Positions 19,485 through 29,752 of a stretch of 64,000 nt of DNA are shown piece by piece (position 1 is the stretch's first letter; each line of letters opens with the position of its first letter). The stretch lies in the IMG/VR virus record IMGVR_UViG_3300042363_000251; one strand, written 5' to 3'. The DNA is from an uncultured virus (IMG/VR IMGVR_UViG_3300042363_000251) (taxonomy: Duplodnaviria > Heunggongvirae > Uroviricota > Caudoviricetes). The notes under the pieces are model-generated. The model saw only the letters and a list, made by a program, of their open reading frames with translations, searched no databases and was not told the DNA's origin. The position numbers were made by a program, and so were the translations under genes.

Positions 19485-21020
19485 TTACTTGCGTTTGGCT
19501 CTACCCACATCACCTGTTTTTGTCTTGTCTTTTTCAGGTCTAGTAGCTCTGCCAGTTGCGATTTGTTTTGCTGCCTTATCTAGTTTTACTTCGGGTTTCT
19601 TGCCTGCAGCACTTGCAGTTTCTTCACTATCTTCTTTTGGAACTCCCGCTCCTTTGTCTATCTTAAAGGTAAAGTTTCCTTTTATGCCTGTACTGTAATA
19701 AGTTTTACCAGCAGAAAGATAAACACCTTTAATAGAATCTCCTGGATACACAGTGTTGAATTCTTGTAGAGTCCAAGTATCTTTACCTTCTTTGGCTTTA
19801 GTATAAACTTGAACTAATGCGCCGTTGTTTAAGATATCAGATGCAGCTTTTGGAAAGTCAGTATTATCGTTAACTTTATCTGCTGCTTTGTGTGCTACTT
19901 CTGCTAATAAATGAAAATATAAACTAGTGTTTTCAGGAGTTTTAGTTCCTCTGTTCAACGCCATTTTCTTTAATCGTGATGATATGTCCACACTGTCTAT
20001 ATCGTTTAAGTTTATAGGAGCCATATTTTTTAAGTCTTCTATTTGACTAGCTTCTTTGGCATTGATAATACCAAATTTTACTCCTAACATCAAAGGGGCA
20101 CCTGATTGTCCTTCTCTTTTAATATCTTCTAATAAACCAATAGTTTCTTGATGCTTTCTTATTAATCTACTACCTGCTGGAGTTTGTTTCATTTCTTCAA
20201 CACTATCTAACAAGTTTTTAACACTTGCTTTAGCCCCAGCCCCGCCTTTAGTACTTATTTTTATAATCTTACCTTGAGGATTGGTTAGAATGCTATCACT
20301 AAGTCCAGCAGTTTTACTAGTATCAAACGTGATAAGAGTATCAGCAAATGATCCATCCATGAACACTTCGGCAGCTTCACCTGCGTTACCTGTATAGTTT
20401 CCAGTTTGTAGTGCCATTGGTTGTAAAATCTCGCAGAAGTAATCTCTAAACGCACTAAAGCTTACATCACTAGGAGCAGTAAAATGCAATGGTAGTTTTT
20501 CACCATTAGCTATTCTTCGTGCCACTGTATATAGAGGATTGTCTGTACCTAAACTAGTAGCTAGTTGATTTATGATATCGTCTGAAGTTAAATCAATCTT
20601 GTCAGATAATAAATCTTGTGGTGATAAACCTGCTTGTGCTTTAGCAGCAGCTTTACCTGCAAAAGAGTAATCTCCTATTTTGTTAGGGAAAAAATTACTA
20701 GTTAAGTTTGGTTTTATCTGCTCAAAATATTTACCAAAATATAATTCACCTTGATCTGAAGAAAAAGATGCAATAGCAAATCCGCCAGATTTCGCTGAAG
20801 GTGAGTTCGTCCACTGAACTTCAATACCATCCGTAACTTGATTTACTGTTTGCTCAAGTTCTTCTTTGGTTAGTTTTCCGCCACCTTCAGGAAAAAACTG
20901 TATACTATTGAATACTATTTGGTCATTTTCTGAATTGCGGAAAACGTCTCCGGGCTTTCTACCCGCTAGACCAGTTGATTCGGTTAATAATTCTAATGTG
21001 TTTAATAAGTTTCTAATCAT
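19485..21020 (-). CDS. Large hypothetical late protein (putative head-internal)
   Basis: MIRNLLNTLELLTE|S; TAAATA 21025-21030; basic C-terminus. Confidence 0.6.
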   Translation of the reverse strand: MIRNLLNTLELLTESTGLAGRKPGDVFRNSENDQIVFNSIQFFPEGGGKLTKEELEQTVNQVTDGIEVQWTNSPSAKSGGFAIASFSSDQGELYFGKYFEQIKPNLTSNFFPNKIGDYSFAGKAAAKAQAGLSPQDLLSDKIDLTSDDIINQLATSLGTDNPLYTVARRIANGEKLPLHFTAPSDVSFSAFRDYFCEILQPMALQTGNYTGNAGEAAEVFMDGSFADTLITFDTSKTAGLSDSILTNPQGKIIKISTKGGAGAKASVKNLLDSVEEMKQTPAGSRLIRKHQETIGLLEDIKREGQSGAPLMLGVKFGIINAKEASQIEDLKNMAPINLNDIDSVDISSRLKKMALNRGTKTPENTSLYFHLLAEVAHKAADKVNDNTDFPKAASDILNNGALVQVYTKAKEGKDTWTLQEFNTVYPGDSIKGVYLSAGKTYYSTGIKGNFTFKIDKGAGVPKEDSEETASAAGKKPEVKLDKAAKQIATGRATRPEKDKTKTGDVGRAKRK

Positions 21021-21032
21021 AATGTATTTATC

Positions 21033-21533
21033 TTAACACTTATCTAATCGTTGATATCTAAACCATCTTTTCATGCCGCTTGATCTTTTCAATACAAGTC
21101 CGTATTTAGCAAGTTGTTTTCTAAATGTATAGAAACTAGGACCATGACTCATTACGGGGTATTTGCCTTCTAAATGTCTTGTTTTACTGTACACATCCCA
21201 TTGATACTGATGAGCCATTTCGTGTGCTAATGTGTTTATTAGCCATTGTTTACAATACCATTTATCAGACAGTCTTATTTTACATTGGGAACTTTTCTTT
21301 TTAGGATTGAATCCAGTAGACATACACATACCCCAGTATCCTCTACAATGACTTTTTACTTCTAACTTAGCAGGCGGTAATTCGTTGTTGAAAATTTCTT
21401 CATTGATAATGTTATAAAGTTCTCTTACTTCTCTTTTGGTAGTTCTATATGATAGCTTTTTTTGCAAGACAAGACTTGGAAGAGGTTCAGACATTAGTAG
21501 CATTAGTTTAGAAGTCATGCAATTATTTATCAA
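21033..21533 (-). CDS. SprT-like zinc metalloprotease
   Basis: TLAHEMAHQ...HGPSF. Confidence 0.8.
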   Translation of the reverse strand: MINNCMTSKLMLLMSEPLPSLVLQKKLSYRTTKREVRELYNIINEEIFNNELPPAKLEVKSHCRGYWGMCMSTGFNPKKKSSQCKIRLSDKWYCKQWLINTLAHEMAHQYQWDVYSKTRHLEGKYPVMSHGPSFYTFRKQLAKYGLVLKRSSGMKRWFRYQRLDKC

Positions 21534-21581
21534 TATAAAAATACAAAGTATGCAATAATTAACTAAATATAGTTTTAGGAG

Positions 21582-22064
21582 ATGATCTTTATGATTATAG
21601 AAAGTATTATTGGTATCGTAGTAATAGGAGCAGTTGCATATTTGTTTTGGAAAAGCAACAAAGATGCACCCAGTACTGATTTAAACAATGACGGAAAAAC
21701 TGATATAAAAGATTTTTTTGTAGCTTTAGAAAAATCTGTATCAGGCTTAGCATCAGTAGCTGATGTTAACAAAGATGGAAAAGTAGATGTAGATGACGCT
21801 AAAGTAGTTGTTGAAACTGTTAAGACTAAAATTAGTGAAACAGTAGAAAAAGGCAAAACGGTTGCAAAAAAGATTAAGAAATCTACACCAGAAGTTAAAC
21901 CCGAACCTGCTGCTACTCCCAAAAGAGCTAGAAACAACGGGAAACTTGTTGCTGACAACCCTGCTACCCCTGAAGTAAATGAAGCTTGGGAAGGCGGCAA
22001 AGCACCAGAAAAGAAACCAAAACCCAAGAAGCCAAAAAAGCCTAAAATGACCGTAGTAAAATAA
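21582..22064 (+). CDS. Membrane-anchored protein with EF-hand-like Ca loops and Lys/Pro-rich tail
   Basis: N-terminal TM; DLNNDGKTD, DVNKDGKVD; TAAATA 21564-21569. Confidence 0.65.
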   Translation: MIFMIIESIIGIVVIGAVAYLFWKSNKDAPSTDLNNDGKTDIKDFFVALEKSVSGLASVADVNKDGKVDVDDAKVVVETVKTKISETVEKGKTVAKKIKKSTPEVKPEPAATPKRARNNGKLVADNPATPEVNEAWEGGKAPEKKPKPKKPKKPKMTVVK

Positions 22065-22067
22065 ATT

Positions 22068-22763
22068 ATGGAAATAGGGTTTGATGTAATTAGTGATCTT
22101 TGTCTGTCCCCTAACGATAATTTCAAGTGGACAAACAAAGCAACTAGCTTGTATTGCATTGTTGCAGGTAACATAAGTTCTGATACTAGAACTATCATTC
22201 AAACATTAGGTCATCTTGCTAAGTACTACCAGGGAGTTTTTTATATTCCTGGTAGATTAGAATATGAAGGCTTTGATGATGTTGAAATGAGAACTGAAGA
22301 GTTGGCAGCAATATGTAATCATTTGGATCATGTAGCAATACTTTATCATAATGTAGCCATGATAGATGGTGTTGCAATAGTGGGTGTAAATGGATGGGGT
22401 AACTTAACTGAAGAGTATAGTATTCCTAACATTCAACGGTTGCATGAACGAGAAGATGATTTACTATACCTTTATAAAACCATAGAAAGACTACAAGTAC
22501 ATTTAGATGTTAAAAAAATATTTATAGCTTCTAGTGCTGTTCCTAGAAAAGATTTATATTTCGGTCAACTTCCTGAGTATATAGACACTATGCCTACGCT
22601 AAGCTCATGTGCTCAGTATGATACAGAAAAAAAGATGTCTAATTGGGTGTTTGGTACGTATGAAAACGTAGTTGACATTACGATTGATAATGTCAACTAC
22701 GTTAACAACCCTTATTTTAAATCAAGAAATTATTGGGCCAAACGAGTAACTATTAAGATATAA
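22068..22763 (+). CDS. Degenerate metallophosphoesterase-fold protein
   Basis: ISDL, AGNI, PGRLEY, WVFGT, NNP: fold motifs with metal His/Asp residues lost. Confidence 0.6.
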   Translation: MEIGFDVISDLCLSPNDNFKWTNKATSLYCIVAGNISSDTRTIIQTLGHLAKYYQGVFYIPGRLEYEGFDDVEMRTEELAAICNHLDHVAILYHNVAMIDGVAIVGVNGWGNLTEEYSIPNIQRLHEREDDLLYLYKTIERLQVHLDVKKIFIASSAVPRKDLYFGQLPEYIDTMPTLSSCAQYDTEKKMSNWVFGTYENVVDITIDNVNYVNNPYFKSRNYWAKRVTIKI

Positions 22764-23069
22764 TTACTGTTCGCTTTCTACTTTGATCTGAAGTGGAAAT
22801 CCCTGTGATCTAGCATCAAGAGTTACTTCAATGCCGCGCTGCTCAGCAATTTCATAAGGTAGCACTGCTACTACTGCACTTCCAATCTCATGAATTTTTT
22901 GAGTTATGGTAGACGCAGTATCTGGATTGTAATTAAAATACTCAATAAGTGAAGATATAACAAATTCCATAGATGTTACATTATCATTCATATAAATAAT
23001 TTTAAACAAAGGCGGTTCTTTTAAACTAGTGTTGGGTTTGATTTTACTGTTTATTTCTGCATTTGGCAT
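22764..23069 (-). CDS. clpS: Clp protease adaptor ClpS
   Basis: EPPLFKIIYMNDNVTSMEFV...IHEIG...YEIAE...FPL. Confidence 0.9.
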   Translation of the reverse strand: MPNAEINSKIKPNTSLKEPPLFKIIYMNDNVTSMEFVISSLIEYFNYNPDTASTITQKIHEIGSAVVAVLPYEIAEQRGIEVTLDARSQGFPLQIKVESEQ

Positions 23070-23127
23070 TTCGTATTACCTCTTGTAAAAGCAGCCAGCA
23101 AAACACTGACTGCGTATGTTTATATTA

Positions 23128-23583
23128 CTATTTATTGTAAGCAATAGCAATTGTCTTGGGCTTTTGTTCTTCTGGAATTTCACGTTTTAAGTAAATAGCA
23201 AGAATTCCCAATTCAAGATTCGCATTTACAATTTCTACATGATCAGCTAGTTTAAACTCACGCTTAAAGTATCTGCTACTAATTCCTTTATGTAGAACTT
23301 TATAACTAACATCATCTTCATGAACTGGTATCAGTGGGTTACCTTCTATCACTAAAAAGTTTTTATCCTTAGTAACTTTTAAGTTTTCTGGTCCAAAACC
23401 AGCTACAGCCAATGAAATTGAAAACTCATCTTCATTGATTTGAGTTATGTTATATGGAGGGTAGTTATCAGTTTGTTTAGAATCTAGTCTAAACAGTTCG
23501 TCAAAGACTGAATCAAACCCGATTGCGAATTTGTGTATTGAGGGAATATCGGTGGAACGAAGGGTTAAAGTTTTGCTTGTCAT
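23128..23583 (-). CDS. Small heat-shock protein (IbpA/Hsp20)
   Basis: IGFD, NYPPYNI, LAVAGF, HKGIS.R.F.REF.LA, LELGIL. Confidence 0.95.
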   Translation of the reverse strand: MTSKTLTLRSTDIPSIHKFAIGFDSVFDELFRLDSKQTDNYPPYNITQINEDEFSISLAVAGFGPENLKVTKDKNFLVIEGNPLIPVHEDDVSYKVLHKGISSRYFKREFKLADHVEIVNANLELGILAIYLKREIPEEQKPKTIAIAYNK

Positions 23584-23646
23584 AGTAGTCTCCTTAAGTT
23601 AAGCAAGATTTTTTAATGTAGACCTGACCATTCAGCATCTACATTA
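23584..23646 (-). ncRNA. ROSE-like RNA thermometer in the hsp20 5' UTR
   Basis: 5' hairpin UAAUGUAGA/UCUACAUUA, then UCUUGCUU-AACU-UAAGGAGA pairing UUGCU with the SD. Confidence 0.7.
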
Positions 23647-23684
23647 GTATTTATTATACATGATTGCGTAAAAAAATATATCTT

Positions 23685-24896
23685 TTAGGGAAAATAAAGT
23701 TCTTTTGGATCTAAGACCATGTCTTGTGTAATTACTAAATCCTTAATACCATTTGTTACATAGTGCGATATATGAAACATATGCGGTAATAACACTTTTT
23801 CTATTTCACTGTGTAATCCCCTCGCTCCAGTTTTAAGAATGATACAATTTTCTGCAAGTTGATCTATTGCTTCTGTAGTAAATCTTAAATCTATACCGTC
23901 TAATGAAAAAATATACTTATACTGTTCTATGAAACTGTTCTTGAGTTGTGTTAGTATTCTTATCAACTCAGGTTTATCTAATTGTTCTAATGTTACAGTA
24001 GTTGTAAATCTACCTATAAATTCTGGTATCATTCCAAACTTAATTAAGTCTTCGGGAGTAACCAAACTTTGGTCAATAATATTATCTTTTGATTTTACTT
24101 CAGCACCAAATCCAATTGATGACCCTTGTACTCTACTTCTTAGTATATCACTCAAACCACTAAAAGCTCCGCCGGCAATGAACAAAATATTTTTTGTATC
24201 TACTTCTATTGTATCACTGTTTGGATTCTTTCTTTTACCTGAAGCACTTACGCGACATTTCGTGCCTTCTACAAGTTTGAGCAATGCTTGTTGTACACCT
24301 TCACCAGAAACGTCACGAGTAATACTAGTGCTTTCTCCTTTTCTAGCTATCTTGTCTATTTCATCAATAAACACTATTCCTCTTTCAGCAATAGAAACAT
24401 CTCCGTCAGCTATTGCCAATAACATTGATATCATACTTTCTACGTCATCACCTACATAACCTGCTTCAGTTAAGCTAGTAGCATCAGCAACCACGAAAGG
24501 CACATTAAGATACTTAGCAACTGATTTAGCAAGTAATGTTTTACCGCTGCCAGTTGGACCTATCATTAATACATTACTTTTTGCTATTTCAATATCTTCA
24601 GGAGGTTCGTTATTGATTCTTTTATAATGGTTTGTTATTGCAACACTAATTGCGATTTTTGCTCGGTCTTGCCCTATAACATGATTATCTAAATGCTTTT
24701 TTATACTGTAAGCATCTGCTTTTTTTGCTTTACTTTCTATTATAGTTGGATTGTTTTCTTCTACTATAAGTTGGTTACATAACTCAATACAGTCGCTACA
24801 TATAGCAACGTTATCACTTACTATCAATTTGGTAACTAAATCTTTATGATTATTACAAAACGAACAATAAGACAATTTATTTTCTGACATGAACAC
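23685..24896 (-). CDS. clpX: ATP-dependent Clp protease ATPase ClpX
   Basis: CSFC..CSDC zinc finger, GPTGSGKT, GYVG, DEIDK, IGF loop, TGARGL. Confidence 0.97.
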   Translation of the reverse strand: MFMSENKLSYCSFCNNHKDLVTKLIVSDNVAICSDCIELCNQLIVEENNPTIIESKAKKADAYSIKKHLDNHVIGQDRAKIAISVAITNHYKRINNEPPEDIEIAKSNVLMIGPTGSGKTLLAKSVAKYLNVPFVVADATSLTEAGYVGDDVESMISMLLAIADGDVSIAERGIVFIDEIDKIARKGESTSITRDVSGEGVQQALLKLVEGTKCRVSASGKRKNPNSDTIEVDTKNILFIAGGAFSGLSDILRSRVQGSSIGFGAEVKSKDNIIDQSLVTPEDLIKFGMIPEFIGRFTTTVTLEQLDKPELIRILTQLKNSFIEQYKYIFSLDGIDLRFTTEAIDQLAENCIILKTGARGLHSEIEKVLLPHMFHISHYVTNGIKDLVITQDMVLDPKELYFP

Positions 24897-24923
24897 ATGA
24901 TCCCTTAGATAATGATATTTATG

Positions 24924-26459
24924 TTAAGAATTATGAGTGCTTAAGTATTCTTCTATTTGATTCCTTTCCTGATCAGAAAGAAGCTCAGCATCGTACTCTC
25001 CGCTGTCTATTTTTTCAACTAGATATTTGATGTATTCTTGGTCATAAAGATATGTTGCTGTAAGACTTTTATTTATTTCAATCCATTTGTTACCATCAAA
25101 CCTAAATACTCTATTAGGTAATGTGTCTACTCTAACAAATATATCTTTCTTTTTTGCCATTTTAGGAAATTGAATACCAAAGCTAGAATGTGGCATTACT
25201 GAATCTGGTCTAATAGTAAACAAATCAGGTTTTATTTCTTTTAACGCATCTTTTTGAAAAAGTTGTTTATTATATTCTATGTACCCGTCACCTACATCAT
25301 GTAGTGGAGTAACTCCTTCAGTGATTATATCTTTAGTAGTTATTAAAGTTTTTTTTATGGCTGATTCTGTGATAACTTGTGCTGCATCATCTACACTAGA
25401 AGGTTGATCTTGTACACTTGTGATGATATCAATTGCCCCTGCTGGTTGTAAAGGTACAATATCTCGTTCAGTTGTTTCTGCGACTGTCTCTTGTAAATCG
25501 TCTGTTCTTTCAAGATAGATTGATTCTGTTCCAGATTCTGGTTGTTCATTGCTGCTGGATGTGCTTGTATCGGAGGTAATGGGTGGTTCGGGGATATCTG
25601 TTGTATCGCTGACATTGTTGGAATCCTCTTTAACATTTAATACTTCCTCAGTATTTACTGGTTCTTCTAATATAAGAGTGGGTTCTTCTACTAGTGGAGC
25701 AGAAACTAAGTCTTGTTTTTTTCTATTTACTAATGTGTAATTAGCAGCCATTAACAAAAGAATAGCCATTGGATCAAATACAAATATAAACGCAATGATA
25801 ACCCATCTAACAGCTTCTTCGGTTCTATCCTGCCCGTCATTATATATTAATTCTGCTATATATTTTATAGGACCAACTTCTAATTCAATGGCTCGTAGCT
25901 GTTGCGATAGTTCTAGTTTTTGATCTTCTAACCCGTCTAATTCTGTTTGTGCTGTATCAATAGTTTGACGTAGTAATTCTCGCTGCTCAGCTTGTGATTC
26001 TCTAACTGCTATGGCTCCGTCTGGTCCTCTGATACGATCAAAATTAATTAATGCTTGAACACTTTGATCTAGTTGTGAAATAACTTGTTCAGCATCAGTA
26101 ATTCTAGACTGCTCTCTAGTAATTTGTTGGTCAAGTCTTTCAATTTGGATTTCATTATTTGCTACTGGGCTAGTTTGTTCTAAGTGTGCTTTAGATAACA
26201 ATCCAAAGATACCCATTGAAGTTAGCAACATAGCAATTAATACTAATGGTGCCATTGCGTACTTGATTTTAGTAGGTTCATTCCAATTTCTATATAACCA
26301 ACTAATTCCAACTACTTTGCCTAGTTCAATAACAGCACCCATAACTAAGGCAAATTGAGGCATGCCAGCAAAGATAGCAATGATACCATATATGGCAAAA
26401 ACTGCCGCAACAGTTGCCATTGATAGTGCGGTTAATAAGGTGATTATAGCCATGAACAT
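24924..26459 (-). CDS. Multi-TM coiled-coil membrane protein
   Basis: Three N-terminal TMs, coiled coil, VGPIKYIAE, IFVFDPMA. Confidence 0.65.
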   Translation of the reverse strand: MFMAIITLLTALSMATVAAVFAIYGIIAIFAGMPQFALVMGAVIELGKVVGISWLYRNWNEPTKIKYAMAPLVLIAMLLTSMGIFGLLSKAHLEQTSPVANNEIQIERLDQQITREQSRITDAEQVISQLDQSVQALINFDRIRGPDGAIAVRESQAEQRELLRQTIDTAQTELDGLEDQKLELSQQLRAIELEVGPIKYIAELIYNDGQDRTEEAVRWVIIAFIFVFDPMAILLLMAANYTLVNRKKQDLVSAPLVEEPTLILEEPVNTEEVLNVKEDSNNVSDTTDIPEPPITSDTSTSSSNEQPESGTESIYLERTDDLQETVAETTERDIVPLQPAGAIDIITSVQDQPSSVDDAAQVITESAIKKTLITTKDIITEGVTPLHDVGDGYIEYNKQLFQKDALKEIKPDLFTIRPDSVMPHSSFGIQFPKMAKKKDIFVRVDTLPNRVFRFDGNKWIEINKSLTATYLYDQEYIKYLVEKIDSGEYDAELLSDQERNQIEEYLSTHNS

Positions 26460-26466
26460 AATGTAT

Positions 26467-26676
26467 TTAGTCTTTTTCTACTTCAAAAAGATGCCCATAA
26501 GTACCAATAAACTCATTAAGCTCCATTATTAGTTTTCTAGGAATGCCTGGACCTTGTTGTATATGGTAAGTGACTAGATGTAACTCTTCATTACGACTTT
26601 TTACTTGTATGACTTCAATAGAGTCACCGTCTTCAAATTGGTGTTTGATACCAACTATATTATCTTTCGTTAGCAC
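26467..26676 (-). CDS. Hypothetical protein
   Basis: 69-aa ORF. Confidence 0.5.
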   Translation of the reverse strand: MLTKDNIVGIKHQFEDGDSIEVIQVKSRNEELHLVTYHIQQGPGIPRKLIMELNEFIGTYGHLFEVEKD

Positions 26677-27016
26677 GATAGTTTCCTTTTTCTGGTATTA
26701 CATGGCGAACTCCGCCGCGAGGATCTTTCATGTCACCATACCGTCTAGGTATTAGATGTACATGTGGATACATAACTGTTTGTCCAGCAGCAGTTCCTAT
26801 ATTCTGTCCTATATTGTATCCGTCGCAATAATCTTCTAAAACCCAACGTTCTCCCCATTCATATGCTTCTTGCCAGCATAAGACTAAGTTATCTACCATA
26901 TTTACTTTTGGTACAAAAAGAAGATGACCTTCTGTTACTGGAAAGCCATCTTTAAACACTACATAATCTTCAGTTTCGTAGACCTTTTCAGTCCACGGTG
27001 TTTCATTTATTTTCAT
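26660..27016 (-). CDS. HIT-family hydrolase
   Basis: AGQTVMYPHVHLIPR; FPVTEGHLLFVPK. Confidence 0.9.
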   Translation of the reverse strand: MKINETPWTEKVYETEDYVVFKDGFPVTEGHLLFVPKVNMVDNLVLCWQEAYEWGERWVLEDYCDGYNIGQNIGTAAGQTVMYPHVHLIPRRYGDMKDPRGGVRHVIPEKGNYRANER

Positions 27017-28347
27017 TATACCCCTTGTTTGGCTTCTTCAAAGATTTGCTTGATTTTAACAAAGTCATCGGCTTCAGTCTTATCCAGTCTTTCTTCTACA
27101 AGACGGGGCAAGAACAGTGCCGCAATATCGTTAGACTCCATGATAGAGTTGGCACGAACGGTAATGATTTTCTTGTCAATCCATTCATCACGTTCTCCAT
27201 TGATACGCTCACGATCTTTATCTGAAATACCAGAAACGTTTACACGCAGTTTGCCGTCACTACTTTCAGCAGCAATAGAACCAAACAAGTGAGCATTCTT
27301 GCCGTTACCTGGATTGAACCCGCGAACGATCAAGTCTACTTCAGCTTCAATTTTCAGTTTGATTTGATCTTTAGAAGTTTTGTCTTCCCAAATAGCGTTT
27401 GGATTCTTGATCACCGTACCTTCAATACCGTGTGAAGTCATATCAACATAATGCTTAAATGCTTCATCAAGTGAATAGACGATCTTGGTAGGGATAACAT
27501 CTACAAATTTACCTTTGATGTTTTGGATAGCAGCAAAACGGTCTTTGTACCTGGTTTTGTTTTTGCCATCAGCAATAGCATCACTTACTGGTACGCGATC
27601 CCATACATAGTAAAAGGGCTTTTGATTAGCTTCAAAACATCCGCCCTTTAACACACTGTTCAAGACACCATTACCCAGCTCACGGGGCATTACTTTACCA
27701 TCTTCAAGTACCAACAATTCACCGTGATAGCAGTAACCTTCATCAGCTACGTTGACAAACTCCTGAATAAAGTCTTTGAATTCGGTGTTAGCAAAAAGAG
27801 TGCCATTGCGGCTAGTAATCTTGGTAATAAGATCGGGATACAGATAAATGTTAGCAAACATCCCGTCTGCTTTTTCTTGCGAATAAACACCAGCTTTCCA
27901 ATCAAAGTTAGCAATATTGCTGCCTTTCATTAGAGAGCAACGCATGTAGGGATATTCAGGAATAGTGTTGGGAAACATTTTGTTGATTGTAGCAACACTG
28001 ATACCGCAACGCAGATCGCCCTTGATCATGTTGATGGCTATAGTGGCTTCTTCTGCTGTCAAAGTATTGAGCATAGCTTCAACTTCAGCACGAGCAGCAT
28101 TACCTGTGACACTTCTGCTGGTCAGACGATCAAGCAATGTTTCTACTTGATCCCAAATATTAACCAGTGTGTTAGTACCTACAGAAGTTTGTTCCATTTT
28201 CTTGATGCCGTAAACATACTCAGGAGAGTAAGCACGGTTAAGCAAACGAATGAACTTAGGTTCTTGTTTACCAAACTCATTAACTTTACTTTCTTTGAAC
28301 AAACGACTTTGATCGGAATTTATTACTTCAATGAAATTAGAAAACAT
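27016..28347 (-). CDS. ATP-dependent DNA ligase (T4 gp30-like)
   Basis: EKADG, HGEL, EGTVIK, KLK, LFLPR. Confidence 0.92.
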   Translation of the reverse strand: MFSNFIEVINSDQSRLFKESKVNEFGKQEPKFIRLLNRAYSPEYVYGIKKMEQTSVGTNTLVNIWDQVETLLDRLTSRSVTGNAARAEVEAMLNTLTAEEATIAINMIKGDLRCGISVATINKMFPNTIPEYPYMRCSLMKGSNIANFDWKAGVYSQEKADGMFANIYLYPDLITKITSRNGTLFANTEFKDFIQEFVNVADEGYCYHGELLVLEDGKVMPRELGNGVLNSVLKGGCFEANQKPFYYVWDRVPVSDAIADGKNKTRYKDRFAAIQNIKGKFVDVIPTKIVYSLDEAFKHYVDMTSHGIEGTVIKNPNAIWEDKTSKDQIKLKIEAEVDLIVRGFNPGNGKNAHLFGSIAAESSDGKLRVNVSGISDKDRERINGERDEWIDKKIITVRANSIMESNDIAALFLPRLVEERLDKTEADDFVKIKQIFEEAKQGV

Positions 28348-28411
28348 AACAGATCCTTAACTAAGTAGAAATTCTATTATACAGGAATTACAAGAAATGT
28401 CAAGTACTAAC

Positions 28412-28804
28412 TTAGTGAATTTGCTCTATATAAAACGGCCCCGGAACTAAAAGTTTGGGTACACTAATTTCCCATCCCTGGTCTGCGTACTGCATAGTAG
28501 ATTCTAAGAGATCAGATGCTCTTGCTTTTTCCCAAGTCCATTCAATCGTTTCTTTTTCTATAGCAGTAAAATTACCAGAATATGTAAACTTAGTGCCTTG
28601 AAGGTTACCAGGATTATGTTTGCTATAACTGGTATCAATGGTCCAGTCTTTTTCCTCACTATAAGGGAGTTCTAATGCGCTAGCAACAAAACCCATATCT
28701 GATGAATACGTATCTATTACTTGCCAACGTCTATTTGTACTTGCTTGATACGCTTGAACAAAAATAGAAACTGTATTACCTTGTTTGGAACCTACTGTAA
28801 ACAT
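28412..28804 (-). CDS. Hypothetical protein
   Basis: 130-aa ORF. Confidence 0.5.
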   Translation of the reverse strand: MFTVGSKQGNTVSIFVQAYQASTNRRWQVIDTYSSDMGFVASALELPYSEEKDWTIDTSYSKHNPGNLQGTKFTYSGNFTAIEKETIEWTWEKARASDLLESTMQYADQGWEISVPKLLVPGPFYIEQIH

Positions 28805-29142
28805 TAATTACTCTCCCTAAGTTTTCTTACTAGATTTTCATTGCGAAGGTCTTGCTCTTTTCTTTCTCGTTTTTTGTCGTTCAGCTTTCCTATAACCATG
28901 CTGTCATAGTTTCTAGCCCACTCAATACCGCGAAGCCATATTTTAAGGTCTTCAATTTCACCCACGAATAGTTCAGCATCGCGTGAATATACAGGAAGAG
29001 CCTCGTTATCTTTAGGAAACAAGGATACCACATCACCACGGCCGCCGCGGTACTCGTGTTTAGAGTGACCCAAACGAAATCCCAGTTTATCGCAATTTTC
29101 TTTAAGCCTTTCTATTTCTAAGATTAAACTATAACCTGACAT
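28804..29142 (-). CDS. Hypothetical protein
   Basis: 112-aa ORF. Confidence 0.55.
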   Translation of the reverse strand: MSGYSLILEIERLKENCDKLGFRLGHSKHEYRGGRGDVVSLFPKDNEALPVYSRDAELFVGEIEDLKIWLRGIEWARNYDSMVIGKLNDKKRERKEQDLRNENLVRKLRESN

Positions 29143-29547
29143 TATAAATCTCTTTAGAGTTTAAGATTATTAATTATACACTGAAAACAAACGTTGTCAA
29201 TCGGATTTGGTAACAGCTTTATGAAAGTGTAGCATATAATCATACGAGGTTTCATGTTTACAAACATTTACACATTTAACCACATGATTAGCTAAATGTG
29301 TAGAACTTGTGTACATTACCAATTTATCAAACATGGTATCAATAACGGAGTAATATTTTACTCCGTTAGGATTAAAGCTAATTTCAATCATTCCCCTATT
29401 CATTTAAACAGATTAGTTACTAACTGATATGTAGTAATAGGGGCAATCAGTACAAACATTGAAATTATAAAAAAAGTATAAAGTATTACTGATTTGATCT
29501 TTTTTAACACTTATCTATCCTCACATTGAGCAAAAGCAGATTAAACT

Positions 29548-29718
29548 TCAATCTGCATACTCAAACTGATCTTCTAATGTACTCAACTTTTGTTCTAAGG
29601 ACTCATGTGATTTCATCTCAACTTCACACATATAGTCGTTTTCTGAGTAATATTCGTACAAAACAGCACGAAGTACTTGCAGTTCATCAAAACTTAACTC
29701 TACAGTGTTCTTGCTCAT
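29548..29718 (-). CDS. Small early protein (56 aa, not in ORF track)
   Basis: MSKNTVELSFDELQVL...QFEYAD*; AGGAG SD; promoter 29753-29780. Confidence 0.6.
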   Translation of the reverse strand: MSKNTVELSFDELQVLRAVLYEYYSENDYMCEVEMKSHESLEQKLSTLEDQFEYAD

Positions 29719-29752
29719 GTGCTACTCTCCTGTTTCATCAATTTATACAGTT

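Noticed and set aside
21575..22202. Minus-strand ORFs 21575-22198 and 21753-22202
   Set aside because: Shadows of the plus-strand gene, which has an AGGAG RBS, a TAAATA promoter and coherent motifs
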